64,000 nt of DNA from Candidatus Micrarchaeota archaeon. Lineage in GTDB: Archaea > Micrarchaeota > Micrarchaeia > Anstonellales > Bilamarchaeaceae. Below the pieces are notes generated by a model. It was not told the origin of the DNA. It saw nothing but the letters and a program-made list of their open reading frames with translations, and did no database searches. The position numbers and the translations under genes are program-made. The stretch covers positions 3,326 through 67,325 of the forward strand of contig JBDRIM010000041.1 of the NCBI GenBank assembly GCA_043816005.1. The letters are read 5' to 3'. Below are positions 1-9,841 of the stretch, one piece after another. Numbering within the stretch: the stretch's first letter is position 1; the number at the start of each line of letters is the position of its first letter.

Positions 1-1
1 A

Positions 2-808
2 CTTTCAGAATCAGGGATAATAGGAACTGCGATAGGTATGGCAACATTGGGATTACGACCAGTTGCAGAAATTCAATTCCAAGGATTTGAGTATAATGCC
101 TATCACCAGATTGTGCAGCATGCAGCAAAATTAAGAAACCGCACTCGTGGAAATTTTACTGTTCCGATGATTGTTAGATTACCATGCAGCGGTGGGATAA
201 GAGCATTGGAACACCATGGTGAAAGTTTGGAAGCAATTTACCTTCACATTCCAGGTATCAAAGTAGTTTATCCTTCATCACCATATGATGCAAAAGGTCT
301 TCTTGCTGCGTCTTTGAAAGATGAAGATTGTGTTCTTTATTTTGAACCAAAACGACTTTACCGGGCATTCAAAGAAGAAGTTCCAGAAGAAAGATATGAA
401 ATTGAACTTGGTAAGGCAAATAAATTGAAAGAAGGGAATGATATAACACTTATTTCATGGGGTGCAATGACATATGTTAGCAAAGATGCAATTGAAGAAG
501 CTGAAAAACAAAAAATTTCAGTAGAGCATATTGATTTGCGTACACTTGCACCATGCGACTGGGATATGATAATTACGTCAGTTAAAAAAACAGGCAGAGC
601 AATTGTAGTTCATGAAGCAACCAAAACAATGGGATTTGGAGCTGAGATAGTAACAAGGATAATGGAAAACGCATTTTTAAGTTTGGAGGCCCCAGTAAAA
701 AGAATAACTGGATGGGATATTCCAATTCCATATCCAAAAACAGAAGAATATTATTTTCCAGATAAGAATAGGATTTTGAAAGGAATTTTGGAAACTGTTA
801 AATTTTAG
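2..808 (+). CDS. pdhB: 2-oxoacid (pyruvate-type) dehydrogenase E1 component beta subunit, 5' end off the window
   Basis: Frame is open from nt 2 (LSESGIIGTAIGMA before the listed Met). E1-beta/transketolase C-terminal pattern (EIQFQGF, RLPCSGG, YFEPKRLYR). Followed directly by E2 and E3. Confidence 0.85.
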   Translation, partial: LSESGIIGTAIGMATLGLRPVAEIQFQGFEYNAYHQIVQHAAKLRNRTRGNFTVPMIVRLPCSGGIRALEHHGESLEAIYLHIPGIKVVYPSSPYDAKGLLAASLKDEDCVLYFEPKRLYRAFKEEVPEERYEIELGKANKLKEGNDITLISWGAMTYVSKDAIEEAEKQKISVEHIDLRTLAPCDWDMIITSVKKTGRAIVVHEATKTMGFGAEIVTRIMENAFLSLEAPVKRITGWDIPIPYPKTEEYYFPDKNRILKGILETVKF

Positions 809-819
809 GGGGATTGTAC

Positions 820-2046
820 ATGGTAAACGAATTTAAATTTCCTGATGTTGGTGAAGGTATTCACGAAGGAGTAATTGTAAAATGGAGAGTAAAAGAAGGA
901 GATAGTGTAACAGCAGACCAAATAATTGTTGAAGTTGAAACAGACAAGGCAGTTGTAGAATTGCCATCGCCATTTACTGGAACCATACTTAAGACAAATT
1001 TTAAGGAAGGAGAAACAATACGTGTGGGCCAGATATTAGTAGTGGTAGGTGAACCTGGTGAGAGTATAACCCAATCTCCAGAAGCAATAAGAGCAGTTAT
1101 GACACCTTCGCCATCTGCAGTTGAAAAAAGGCCAGATGGGCATGTACTTGCAACTCCATCAATAAGAAAACTCGCACGTGAACTAGGGGTTGATTTGTCA
1201 GATGTTCATGGATCTGGACCAGGCGGAAGAATAACTGAAGATGATGTACGTAGTGCACCTAGTGGTACTCCAATCAAGAATGATAAGATTAGTGAAACAC
1301 CAAAAATTGAAAAAAATGACAGTCCAGAAGTCGTAACCAATGAAGGGGATCAAATAATCCAATTAAGCCATATGAGAACGATAATTGCTGAGAGGATGGT
1401 ATATTCGAAAACACACATACCTCATGCATGTGGAATGGATTATGTAGATGTAACAAAACTTACTGAACTTAGAGAAAAAGAAAAGAAAGCAATTGAAGCA
1501 AGAGGAATCAAACTCACTTACCTGCCATTTATTATCAAATCATGTGCAATTGCGCTTCATAAATATCCTCATTTCAATTCACATTTTGATGAAAATAAAA
1601 ATGCACTTGTTATCAAAAAACAGATTAATATAGGAATAGCAGTTGAAACTCCAGAAGGGCTAATGGTACCAGTAATAAAAAACATCGATAAAAAATCAAT
1701 TGTTGAAATTGCACAAGAAATCGAACATCTTGCAGCAGCTGCACGTGACCGTAAAATAAAGTTAGAAGATATCAAAGGTGGAACATTTACAATAACAAAT
1801 GTTGGGAGTGTTGGTGGATTTTATTCTACACCGATAATAAATCCACCCGAAGTTGCGATAATGGGAGTTCATAGAATAAAGGATTTGCCACTTGTGATCA
1901 AAAATAAAATTAGAGCAAGAAAAGTTATGGGGATTTCATTATGCTTTGATCATAGGGTAAATGATGGAGCAACGGCAACCGAGTTTATGAATGAAGTTAT
2001 GAAACATATTGAAGATCCAGATTTAATGCTTGTGGATATGATCTAA
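820..2046 (+). CDS. pdhC: Dihydrolipoamide acyltransferase, E2 component
   Basis: N-terminal lipoyl domain (VETDKAVVELPSP), E3-binding domain (ATPSIRKLARELGVDL) and catalytic domain with DHRVNDG. ATG at 820 preferred over TTG at 814 (purine-rich SD-like stretch upstream). Confidence 0.85.
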   Translation: MVNEFKFPDVGEGIHEGVIVKWRVKEGDSVTADQIIVEVETDKAVVELPSPFTGTILKTNFKEGETIRVGQILVVVGEPGESITQSPEAIRAVMTPSPSAVEKRPDGHVLATPSIRKLARELGVDLSDVHGSGPGGRITEDDVRSAPSGTPIKNDKISETPKIEKNDSPEVVTNEGDQIIQLSHMRTIIAERMVYSKTHIPHACGMDYVDVTKLTELREKEKKAIEARGIKLTYLPFIIKSCAIALHKYPHFNSHFDENKNALVIKKQINIGIAVETPEGLMVPVIKNIDKKSIVEIAQEIEHLAAAARDRKIKLEDIKGGTFTITNVGSVGGFYSTPIINPPEVAIMGVHRIKDLPLVIKNKIRARKVMGISLCFDHRVNDGATATEFMNEVMKHIEDPDLMLVDMI

Positions 2047-2066
2047 AAAGGACCCAGGTCCTTTTT
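2045..2066 (+). terminator. Hairpin plus T-run between E2 and E3
   Basis: aaaaaggac-ccag-gtccttttt: 9-bp stem, 4-nt loop, ending in a T-run just after the E2 stop. Confidence 0.35.
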
Positions 2067-2115
2067 GAATCTCCTTAGTTGGGATTCTAAATTGATCCCT
2101 CAGAGGTGAACCAAA

Positions 2116-3516
2116 ATGGTTATGGGAGAATTAACAACAAGAGTTGATGTTGCAGTTATAGGCAGTGGTCCTGGTGGATACACGGCTGCAATCAGAGCTG
2201 CACAGCTTGGACTGGAAGCCGTGCTTATTGAAAAAAATAAAATAGGCGGTTGCTGTACAAACGTTGGCTGTATACCATCAAAAGCACTTATCCACGCTGC
2301 AGATGTCAAATATGATGCTGAGAATGCTGCGGCAATGGGTATTGAATGTGAAATAGTATTGGATTTTGCAAAAACACAGAAATGGAAAGAAGGAATAGTG
2401 GAAAGATTACGTAACAGCATCAGCATGCTTTGCAAATACAATGGAATTGAAATAGTGCATGGTAAGGCAAGATTCTTATCATCGCAGAAGTTGTCAGTAC
2501 AAACAGAACACGGAGTACGTGATATTGAATTCAAAAACGCAATAATAGCAACCGGTACAGAGATAAAAGAATTGCCAAACCTTCCATATGATCATAAAAA
2601 TGTTCTTGATTCTGATGACGTTTTCAATCTTAAAGAATTGCCTAAGAAACTGATCATAATTGGCGGAGGTTATATCGCAGTTGAGATGGCTTCTATTTTT
2701 ACTAAATTCGGATCATCAGTGACAATTGTTTATAGAGGTCCAAGACTTTTGAAAAGAATGGAACCAGAAATTGGAAATTCTTTAGCACAAAAAATGAAAG
2801 AATTGGGATGTGAAATAATATTCAACAGTGATGTGGAAACAATTAATGGAAATTTAGTTGACATAAAAACTCCTGATGGCAAGAAACAACTTGAATTTGA
2901 CAAAATACTCGTAACAACGGGGAGAATACCAAATTACGATGGACTTGGACTTGAAAATACTAAGGTTAAGATCAATAATGACCGTATCAATGTTGATTCG
3001 ACAATGAGAACTGATGATGAAAAAATATTTGCTATTGGAGATATAGTTGCTGGCCCACAACTAGCCCATAAAGCATTCAGACAAGGGAAAGTAGCAGCAG
3101 AAGTCATTGCAGGGCAAAAAAGTGCATTTGATAATATAGTAATACCTTCTGTTGTATTCTCTGAACCTGAAATTGCGACGGTTGGACTTTCTGAAGAAGA
3201 AGCAATCGAACAGAAATATAAAGTTAAAATAGGAAGAATGCCATTTTCTAGTTCTGGAAAGGCAAAAACAATGAATAAAACAGATGGATTTGTCAAAATT
3301 GTTGCTGACGAAAAGAATCTAATCCTTGGAGTGCATATTATAGGTGCAGGAGCAGAAGATATTATTGCTGAAGCTGCAATCGCAATAGAAATGGGTGCAA
3401 CTTTAGAGGATTTGGCTTTGACGATTCATGCGCATCCAACATTGCCAGAATCATTGGCTGAAGCTGCTGAACAAGCACTTGGAAAGGCCATCCATTTGTA
3501 TAAAGAGAAAAGGTAA
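2116..3516 (+). CDS. lpdA: Dihydrolipoyl dehydrogenase, E3 component
   Basis: GSGPGGY FAD-binding motif, redox-active disulfide GGCCTNVGCIPSK, C-terminal HAHPTLPE dimerisation motif. SD gaggtga sits 6 nt upstream. Confidence 0.9.
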   Translation: MVMGELTTRVDVAVIGSGPGGYTAAIRAAQLGLEAVLIEKNKIGGCCTNVGCIPSKALIHAADVKYDAENAAAMGIECEIVLDFAKTQKWKEGIVERLRNSISMLCKYNGIEIVHGKARFLSSQKLSVQTEHGVRDIEFKNAIIATGTEIKELPNLPYDHKNVLDSDDVFNLKELPKKLIIIGGGYIAVEMASIFTKFGSSVTIVYRGPRLLKRMEPEIGNSLAQKMKELGCEIIFNSDVETINGNLVDIKTPDGKKQLEFDKILVTTGRIPNYDGLGLENTKVKINNDRINVDSTMRTDDEKIFAIGDIVAGPQLAHKAFRQGKVAAEVIAGQKSAFDNIVIPSVVFSEPEIATVGLSEEEAIEQKYKVKIGRMPFSSSGKAKTMNKTDGFVKIVADEKNLILGVHIIGAGAEDIIAEAAIAIEMGATLEDLALTIHAHPTLPESLAEAAEQALGKAIHLYKEKR

Positions 3517-3517
3517 T

Positions 3518-4555
3518 ATGTCAGAAACTCGCTTAGAAGACAGTCACAAAAAAGGCAAAATAACGTTTAGCGAAGCTGCCCTAAAACAGTACAAAAAGAG
3601 CTATGGGATAGTTGGCAATCACAGTGGAGTGCAAATATGCTTATGGAATAGAAAATCGATCAAAGGCCATCGTGGCTGCTATAAAGTCAAATTTTATGGG
3701 ATAGATTGTCATCGTTGTGCTCAAATGTCACCTGCACTTGCCTGGTGTAATGAAGGATGTATATTTTGCTGGCGGCCAATGGAGTGGATGAAAAAAACTA
3801 AATTTGAAGAAAGTGAAGTAGACGAACCAGATTTGATAATTGCAGAAACAGTGAAAGAAAGAAAACGGCTTTTATCTGGGATTGGCGGTGCAGAAAAAAT
3901 TGATAAAATAAAATTTGAAGAGGGATTCAAAAAATTTCCATCTCATTGGGCAATTTCTCTTAGCGGTGAACCAACAATTTACCCTAAATTAGCTGAAATG
4001 ATAAAACAATTACGAGATAACAAAGAAGTAAAAACAATTTTTATAGTTACAAATGGACAGGAACCAGATCGTTTGCTTGAATTAGTTAAAAAAGACGCAC
4101 TTCCAACTCAACTTTACATTTCTCTAGCAGCATCAAATGAAAAAGAATTCAAAAAAATAAATCGAAGCGTATACAAAGATGGCTGGGAGAGATTAAACAA
4201 ATCATTAGAACTAATGGCTACCCTCCCCTGCAGAAAAGTAATTCGTTTAACCATAATCAAAGGAGTTAATGATTTTGAGTCGATGCTGCCTGAATACGCA
4301 GAACTTATTGAAAAATCCAAAGCTGATTTTGTTGAAGTAAAATCATATATGGCACTTGGCTTTTCAAGAAAAAGACTAGGACCAAAACATATGACCTATC
4401 CTGAGTATTTGATGCCGTGGACTGAAGAATTAGTTGAATATATGCCAAATTACAAAATTATAGATGAGGATACGCAATCGCAAATAATTTTATTAAAGAG
4501 AAAAGATTCGAAAGTGGAAAATCTGATAAGAAAGCATGATATAGGCAATAAATAA
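3518..4555 (+). CDS. taw1: tRNA 4-demethylwyosine synthase (archaeal TYW1/Taw1), radical SAM
   Basis: Radical-SAM cysteine cluster CNEGCIFCWR and upstream Cys-rich region (CYKVKFYGIDCHRC). ATG at 3518 lies just after the E3 stop; the longer listed ORF overlaps E3. Confidence 0.75.
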   Translation: MSETRLEDSHKKGKITFSEAALKQYKKSYGIVGNHSGVQICLWNRKSIKGHRGCYKVKFYGIDCHRCAQMSPALAWCNEGCIFCWRPMEWMKKTKFEESEVDEPDLIIAETVKERKRLLSGIGGAEKIDKIKFEEGFKKFPSHWAISLSGEPTIYPKLAEMIKQLRDNKEVKTIFIVTNGQEPDRLLELVKKDALPTQLYISLAASNEKEFKKINRSVYKDGWERLNKSLELMATLPCRKVIRLTIIKGVNDFESMLPEYAELIEKSKADFVEVKSYMALGFSRKRLGPKHMTYPEYLMPWTEELVEYMPNYKIIDEDTQSQIILLKRKDSKVENLIRKHDIGNK

Positions 4556-4579
4556 AAGGTTTACACTCTTTTAAACTTC

Positions 4580-6634
4580 ATGAAATTAATAACAAATTTC
4601 TTAATTCTTTTGTTAGTGCTAACGGGTATTTTTCTTAATGGTTGCCTAAAACAAGATGGTTTGGAGGATAATCAAACTAATATACAAACACCAGCTCAGA
4701 ACAATACGGTTGTGCAAAATTTGTCAAATAATACCGATGCACAATCTTTGCAAGGTAATGTAACAAATAATGCAACCATACAAAAAAATGAAACGATGGA
4801 CAATGGGAATACAGAGGGAAATGATACCATTCTGACAATCAACATCCCTACTGCCATAGAAAATAATTGTGTTGGATTTCTAATAGGTGATGATCATGAA
4901 ATGGAGAATATAAGATTAATTGGCGCTGCATGGGCAAGACCACATCCAGGACCATTCGTATGGGGTTTCATAGAACGAGTTCAAGGGTCTTATGATTTTT
5001 CCTATACTGACGAATATGTAAAAGAAGCCCAGAAAAATAATATTTCGCTGCTTGTAACAGTTTGGCCGTTTGCAGATTGGGATTTGCAGGATCATCCGGA
5101 ATGTCGAGTTTCTTATAATGACGTATTTTATCCAAGAAAAGGGATCAACGATGGATTACCAATATTCAGGTGCAAACCAAATAACATGGAATTATATAAG
5201 AAATTCCTTTCAGTTCTTGTTGAAAGATATGATGGCGATGGACAGGATGATATGCCAGGACTGATAATACCTGTAAAATATTGGGAGATTTCAAATGAAC
5301 CGGAAATGAAATCTGACGAATTAACATTTTTCTTTGGAGATGAGGATGACTATCTCGAAATTCTTAAGGAAAGCTACCAAACAATAAAACAAAACTGTTC
5401 TGACTGCAAAGTAGTTCATGCAGGTGCAGCAGGAAGCGATGAATCTTCATTATTATTCTGGGGAAATGTTTATTCCAAAGGTGGGACTAATTATTTTGAT
5501 ATTGCGAACACTCATTTTGTTAGTTTTGGGGATGAAGAAACTTTAAATATAAAGAATTTCCAGTTTCTTCTGAATGAACATAATATTGATAAGCAATTGT
5601 GGTTAACCGAAGCAGAGTTCAAAGATTCAAATGTAGATATAAAGAGCTCTGTAAAAGGCGCGTTTGATGCAGGTGCAGATAGGATATTTTTTACTGGTTT
5701 TAAAGTTGGCGGCCATGATCCAGTAGGACCAGGTAAATATAGCCAAGTATACAAAGAAATTGTTGCACTATGCCCTAATGTATCTATCAGTACAGTAGAA
5801 CAAATTTCTGATATCGATGTTACTAAACTAAATTTTACTGTGATTGAAGAGGCAGGGACGCGCGTTGTTGGTGGTATTCCATTTGCGTATAAATTAGACA
5901 ATGGAAACACAATTTTATACTATTGTAATGGTGGAATAAAATCGTCTATTTCAGAAGATGGAGTGGTATTTGCAAACGAAACAGCTACAGGCATTAACGA
6001 TGGCTGTGATCCAACAATTGTAAAAAACTCAGATGGAAAAATAAGAATGTATTACAAATGGTCAAGCGGGCCTGGAGGTCCAGGTCAGGCAGTACATAAA
6101 ATTTATTCAGCTATTTCAGATGATGGTATAACATTCCAAAAAGAAGGCATAATAATAGACTCACAGAATTCAAGTGACAATGGCTGGGCCTCAGTACCCG
6201 AAGCAATAAAATTAGCAAATGGCAACGTAAGAATTTACTATGTTTCCGGAGACCCGCAAGCTGAAGGTGGAACGATGTCGGCAATATCTAGCGACGGTTT
6301 GCATTTTGAAAAAGAAAACGGAGTGCGGATGAAAGGAATTTTTGTTGACCCTGCAATAACAATTTTACCTGATGGCAGATACTGGTTTCTACTAGTACAT
6401 CATTGTGTACCAGGAAAAGGATCGTGTGGTGGAGAAAACGGAATTTATAGTTTCGTTTCAGATGATGGATTAATTTTTAGTGGGAAACAACTTCTCTATC
6501 ATTCTGATGATCTTATCGATCCAACAATAGCTAAGATAGATGACAGCACTTACAGAATTTATTACTGGAGCATTACTACGCCGGATGAAGAGTCATATGT
6601 TAAGAGTATTTTGGTTAACATTCAAAATATCTAG
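4580..6634 (+). CDS. Secreted or anchored glycoside-hydrolase-like protein (clan GH-A TIM barrel plus C-terminal SxDG-repeat beta-propeller-like region)
   Basis: N-terminal hydrophobic signal/anchor and Asn/Thr-rich linker. WEISNEPE (acid/base Glu) and LWLTEAEF (nucleophile-like) motifs. Four SxDGxxF repeats (SEDGVVF, SDDGITF, SSDGLHF, SDDGLIF). Confidence 0.5.
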   Translation: MKLITNFLILLLVLTGIFLNGCLKQDGLEDNQTNIQTPAQNNTVVQNLSNNTDAQSLQGNVTNNATIQKNETMDNGNTEGNDTILTINIPTAIENNCVGFLIGDDHEMENIRLIGAAWARPHPGPFVWGFIERVQGSYDFSYTDEYVKEAQKNNISLLVTVWPFADWDLQDHPECRVSYNDVFYPRKGINDGLPIFRCKPNNMELYKKFLSVLVERYDGDGQDDMPGLIIPVKYWEISNEPEMKSDELTFFFGDEDDYLEILKESYQTIKQNCSDCKVVHAGAAGSDESSLLFWGNVYSKGGTNYFDIANTHFVSFGDEETLNIKNFQFLLNEHNIDKQLWLTEAEFKDSNVDIKSSVKGAFDAGADRIFFTGFKVGGHDPVGPGKYSQVYKEIVALCPNVSISTVEQISDIDVTKLNFTVIEEAGTRVVGGIPFAYKLDNGNTILYYCNGGIKSSISEDGVVFANETATGINDGCDPTIVKNSDGKIRMYYKWSSGPGGPGQAVHKIYSAISDDGITFQKEGIIIDSQNSSDNGWASVPEAIKLANGNVRIYYVSGDPQAEGGTMSAISSDGLHFEKENGVRMKGIFVDPAITILPDGRYWFLLVHHCVPGKGSCGGENGIYSFVSDDGLIFSGKQLLYHSDDLIDPTIAKIDDSTYRIYYWSITTPDEESYVKSILVNIQNI

Positions 6635-6682
6635 TCAAATGATATGAGAAGATAATAAAAGATTTGTCTTCTTTAACTTTCT

Positions 6683-7468
6683 ATGGAAGATTTGGTGCTA
6701 TCTATTGCTAAACCAAAAATACTAGTACTAATTTGTCTTATTCTTGCAGTAAATTATGCATCACAAACTGACGTAATCGCCATAAATATAACTAGCCTTG
6801 AAAAATTAGTGGATGTTACAACTGATTTCAATTTTGCCAATTTATTACCAAATAACGAATACAGCACAGATATTATGATTAGTTGGGCAGTGCCAGACAG
6901 TGCTCTTAGGAACATAAATAAAAAAGAAGTGTATGTTTACGTCAATGTAAAACAGAAATATGATGACACACCAATCTTGTTTCAGAAAGGAAATTACACA
7001 TACAAACAAATTTACCTTGCACTTCGCTGCGTGATCGAAAATGGAACATGCGTAAACGGATCAGTGTTGCAAGATAATTTTAAGGTAAAATGGACACTTT
7101 TGGATAATGTAGCCTTGAACGACGCAATAGTTATAACAGCAAGCACAACTCTGAATATGACTGATGAGATTTATGAGAAGAAAAGTATACTTGAAGCAGA
7201 AATCGCAAATTTAGAAAATTTTTCTGTAATGAATGATAGTGAAAACTTAGAAATAAAGGAACTGTTAGATGGAGCAAAAGAAGATCTGGCATTGTTACGT
7301 ATTGATGATGCTAATCAAAAACTAGAAAGTGTAGATGAGATCATTAGAAGGTCAAATAGCTACTTGGATGTAGAGAACGCCATACTAACACAAGATTTGT
7401 TGGTGCCAATTATAGCAGTTTTAGTTGTTTTGTGTGGAGTATATTTTTTCTTGAGACCAAGAAAATAA
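6683..7468 (+). CDS. Hypothetical membrane-anchored protein with coiled-coil segment
   Basis: N-terminal hydrophobic segment and C-terminal TM (LLVPIIAVLVVLCGVYFFL). No recognisable catalytic motif. Confidence 0.4.
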   Translation: MEDLVLSIAKPKILVLICLILAVNYASQTDVIAINITSLEKLVDVTTDFNFANLLPNNEYSTDIMISWAVPDSALRNINKKEVYVYVNVKQKYDDTPILFQKGNYTYKQIYLALRCVIENGTCVNGSVLQDNFKVKWTLLDNVALNDAIVITASTTLNMTDEIYEKKSILEAEIANLENFSVMNDSENLEIKELLDGAKEDLALLRIDDANQKLESVDEIIRRSNSYLDVENAILTQDLLVPIIAVLVVLCGVYFFLRPRK

Positions 7469-7469
7469 A

Positions 7470-8426
7470 CTACTTCAGCATCGGTCCCAAATTCTTCAAC
7501 ATATCTGAAACCATTTCAGAAAGTCCGAACTTATGATTCCAATTCCAATCTTTCCTCGCAGATGAATCGTCAATTGATTTTGGCCAGGAATCTGCAATAT
7601 TTTGCCTAAAATCAGGTGCATAATTAATTTCAAATTCTGGAATGTGTTTTTTGATTTCTGCTGCAATTTCACCAGGTTCAAAACTCACTGCAGTAATATT
7701 GTAGCTTGTTCTTATGCTTATTTTTGATGACTCTGCTTCCATAAGATCAATGGTTGCTTTGATGGCATCTTCCATATACATCATTGGTAAGTAAGTTCCA
7801 GCTTTCAAAAATGAAGTATATTTTTTTTCTTTTAAAGCGCCATAGAAAATTTCAACAGCATAATCCGTTGTTCCACCTCCAGGTGGGGTTTTCCAACTGA
7901 TTACACCAGGATAACGCAAACCACGAATATCCAATCCGTATTTTTTGAAATAATAGTTAACTAAAAGTTCTCCAGCAACTTTGGTTACACCGTACATTGT
8001 AGATGGTTCGAGTATTGTTCGTTGAGGCGTATTATCTCTTGGGGTTGTTGGACCAAACGCAGCAATAGAACTTGGCCAAAATATTTTGATGAGTTTACCT
8101 TTATCTTTCATTTCTTTCGCAATATCAAGGACATTTTTGAGTGTGCCCATGTTTACATGATAAGCAAGATCAGGGTTTTGTTCGCCTTTAGCTGATAGAA
8201 TTCCAGCAAGATGATAAATAACAGTGATGTTGTTTTTGTGAATTATACCCTCAATTAGTTTTTTGTCATTTGCATCCCCAATTACATGAACCCCGATATC
8301 TTTCGGCACAGTTTTGTGATAAAGTGCAATTACATTATCCTCACCATATTTATCCCTTAAAGCAGGAACTAACTCAGAACCTATTTGTCCGGCTGCTCCA
8401 GTAACCAGGATTTTTTCGTTTGCCAT
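7470..8426 (-). CDS. tdh: L-threonine 3-dehydrogenase, NAD-dependent epimerase/dehydratase (SDR) type
   Basis: KILVTGAAGQIGSEL Rossmann motif and YGVTK active-site pattern. Divergently paired with kbl. Start taken at MANEK (8426). Confidence 0.7.
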   Translation of the reverse strand: MANEKILVTGAAGQIGSELVPALRDKYGEDNVIALYHKTVPKDIGVHVIGDANDKKLIEGIIHKNNITVIYHLAGILSAKGEQNPDLAYHVNMGTLKNVLDIAKEMKDKGKLIKIFWPSSIAAFGPTTPRDNTPQRTILEPSTMYGVTKVAGELLVNYYFKKYGLDIRGLRYPGVISWKTPPGGGTTDYAVEIFYGALKEKKYTSFLKAGTYLPMMYMEDAIKATIDLMEAESSKISIRTSYNITAVSFEPGEIAAEIKKHIPEFEINYAPDFRQNIADSWPKSIDDSSARKDWNWNHKFGLSEMVSDMLKNLGPMLK

Positions 8427-8624
8427 AGAGTAGTAATGAAACAAAAGCATATAAAACAAAATTGATTGTCACACAAAAATTCGTTTATAGACGAAATTGG
8501 GACAATAACGCAATAGAAAGAGACACGTTTTAATATATTGTAGCAGAAGGTCTGCCAGGTGTTTTTTCTATGATTTGAAATGCAGGACATTTCAAATATA
8601 TCGAAAACATGAGGTGTTTTCTCT

Positions 8625-9815
8625 ATGAATGAACAACTTCAGAATGATTTACATGCAGAATTGGAAATATTAGAACAAAAAAATCTATTATGGAATCCTA
8701 AAACACTTGAAGGACCATCATGCGCTAAAGCAAAAATTGCCGGTAAAGACGTCGTCATGCTTTGCTCAAATAATTATCTTGGTCTCTCAACCAACAGATT
8801 GTTAAAAAAAGCAGCAATTGAAGCTGTTCGTAAATATGGTGCTGGTTCTGGAAGTGTAAGACCAATTGCAGGAAGTATGGATTTGCACATTAAATTAGAA
8901 GAAACAATTGCAAGATTCAAACACACTGAAGACGCCATTTATTACAATTCAGGATTTACTGCAAATAGCGGTGGAATTCCAGCTATTCTTCGTGAAGGAG
9001 ATATTGTTATTTCAGATGAACTTAACCATGGTTCAATTATTGATGGTGTAAGATTAACAAAGGCAGAAAGAATGATCTTCAAGCACAAAGATATGGGTGA
9101 GCTTGAAATGAGGCTGAAGGAAGCACATGCTAAAAATCCAAAAAGAATTTTAGTTATTACTGACGGTGTGTTTTCAATGGATGGAGATATTGCACCTCTT
9201 GATCAGATTGTAAAACTTACGGAACAGTATGGTGCATGCACCTATGTAGATGATGCACATGGTGATGGAGTTCTTGGGGAAAATGGTAGAGGAATTGTTA
9301 ATCATTTCAAAGTTGATGGTAAAGTTGACCTTGATATGGGTACTTTTTCAAAAGGTTTTGGAACTATGGGGGGTTACATTGCCGGAACAAAAACACTTAA
9401 GAAATTTCTCTTAAACAAATCAAGAACATGGTTATTAACTGGTTCTCACCCTCCCGCAACAGTTGCAGCAAGTATTGCAGCACTAGAATTACTTGAAAAA
9501 AGTGATAAACTTGTCAAAAAACTCTGGAGAAATACCAAATACTTCAAAAAGAGGCTCAAAGAACTGGGATTTGACACTGGCATAAGTGAAACACCAATTA
9601 CACCGATCTTCACTTATGATGAAGGAAAGGCAGTCAAGATGAGCCAACGACTTTTCGAAGAAGGCGTTTATGTATTGCCAATTGTTTTCCCAATGGTTGC
9701 AAAGAGTAAGGCAAGGTTAAGAGCAATGGTAACAGCAGATCATGCTAAAGAAGACCTTGAATTTGCCATTGACAAGATAACTAATGTTGGAAAGGAATTG
9801 GAACTAATCAAATGA
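8625..9815 (+). CDS. kbl: 2-amino-3-ketobutyrate CoA ligase (glycine C-acetyltransferase)
   Basis: Alpha-oxoamine synthase family: SNNYLGL, DDAHG, PLP-lysine context GTFSKGFG. Neighbour of tdh. SD gaggtg upstream. Confidence 0.8.
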   Translation: MNEQLQNDLHAELEILEQKNLLWNPKTLEGPSCAKAKIAGKDVVMLCSNNYLGLSTNRLLKKAAIEAVRKYGAGSGSVRPIAGSMDLHIKLEETIARFKHTEDAIYYNSGFTANSGGIPAILREGDIVISDELNHGSIIDGVRLTKAERMIFKHKDMGELEMRLKEAHAKNPKRILVITDGVFSMDGDIAPLDQIVKLTEQYGACTYVDDAHGDGVLGENGRGIVNHFKVDGKVDLDMGTFSKGFGTMGGYIAGTKTLKKFLLNKSRTWLLTGSHPPATVAASIAALELLEKSDKLVKKLWRNTKYFKKRLKELGFDTGISETPITPIFTYDEGKAVKMSQRLFEEGVYVLPIVFPMVAKSKARLRAMVTADHAKEDLEFAIDKITNVGKELELIK

Positions 9816-9841
9816 AAAGAACAATTTTCTAATCTCCTTTT

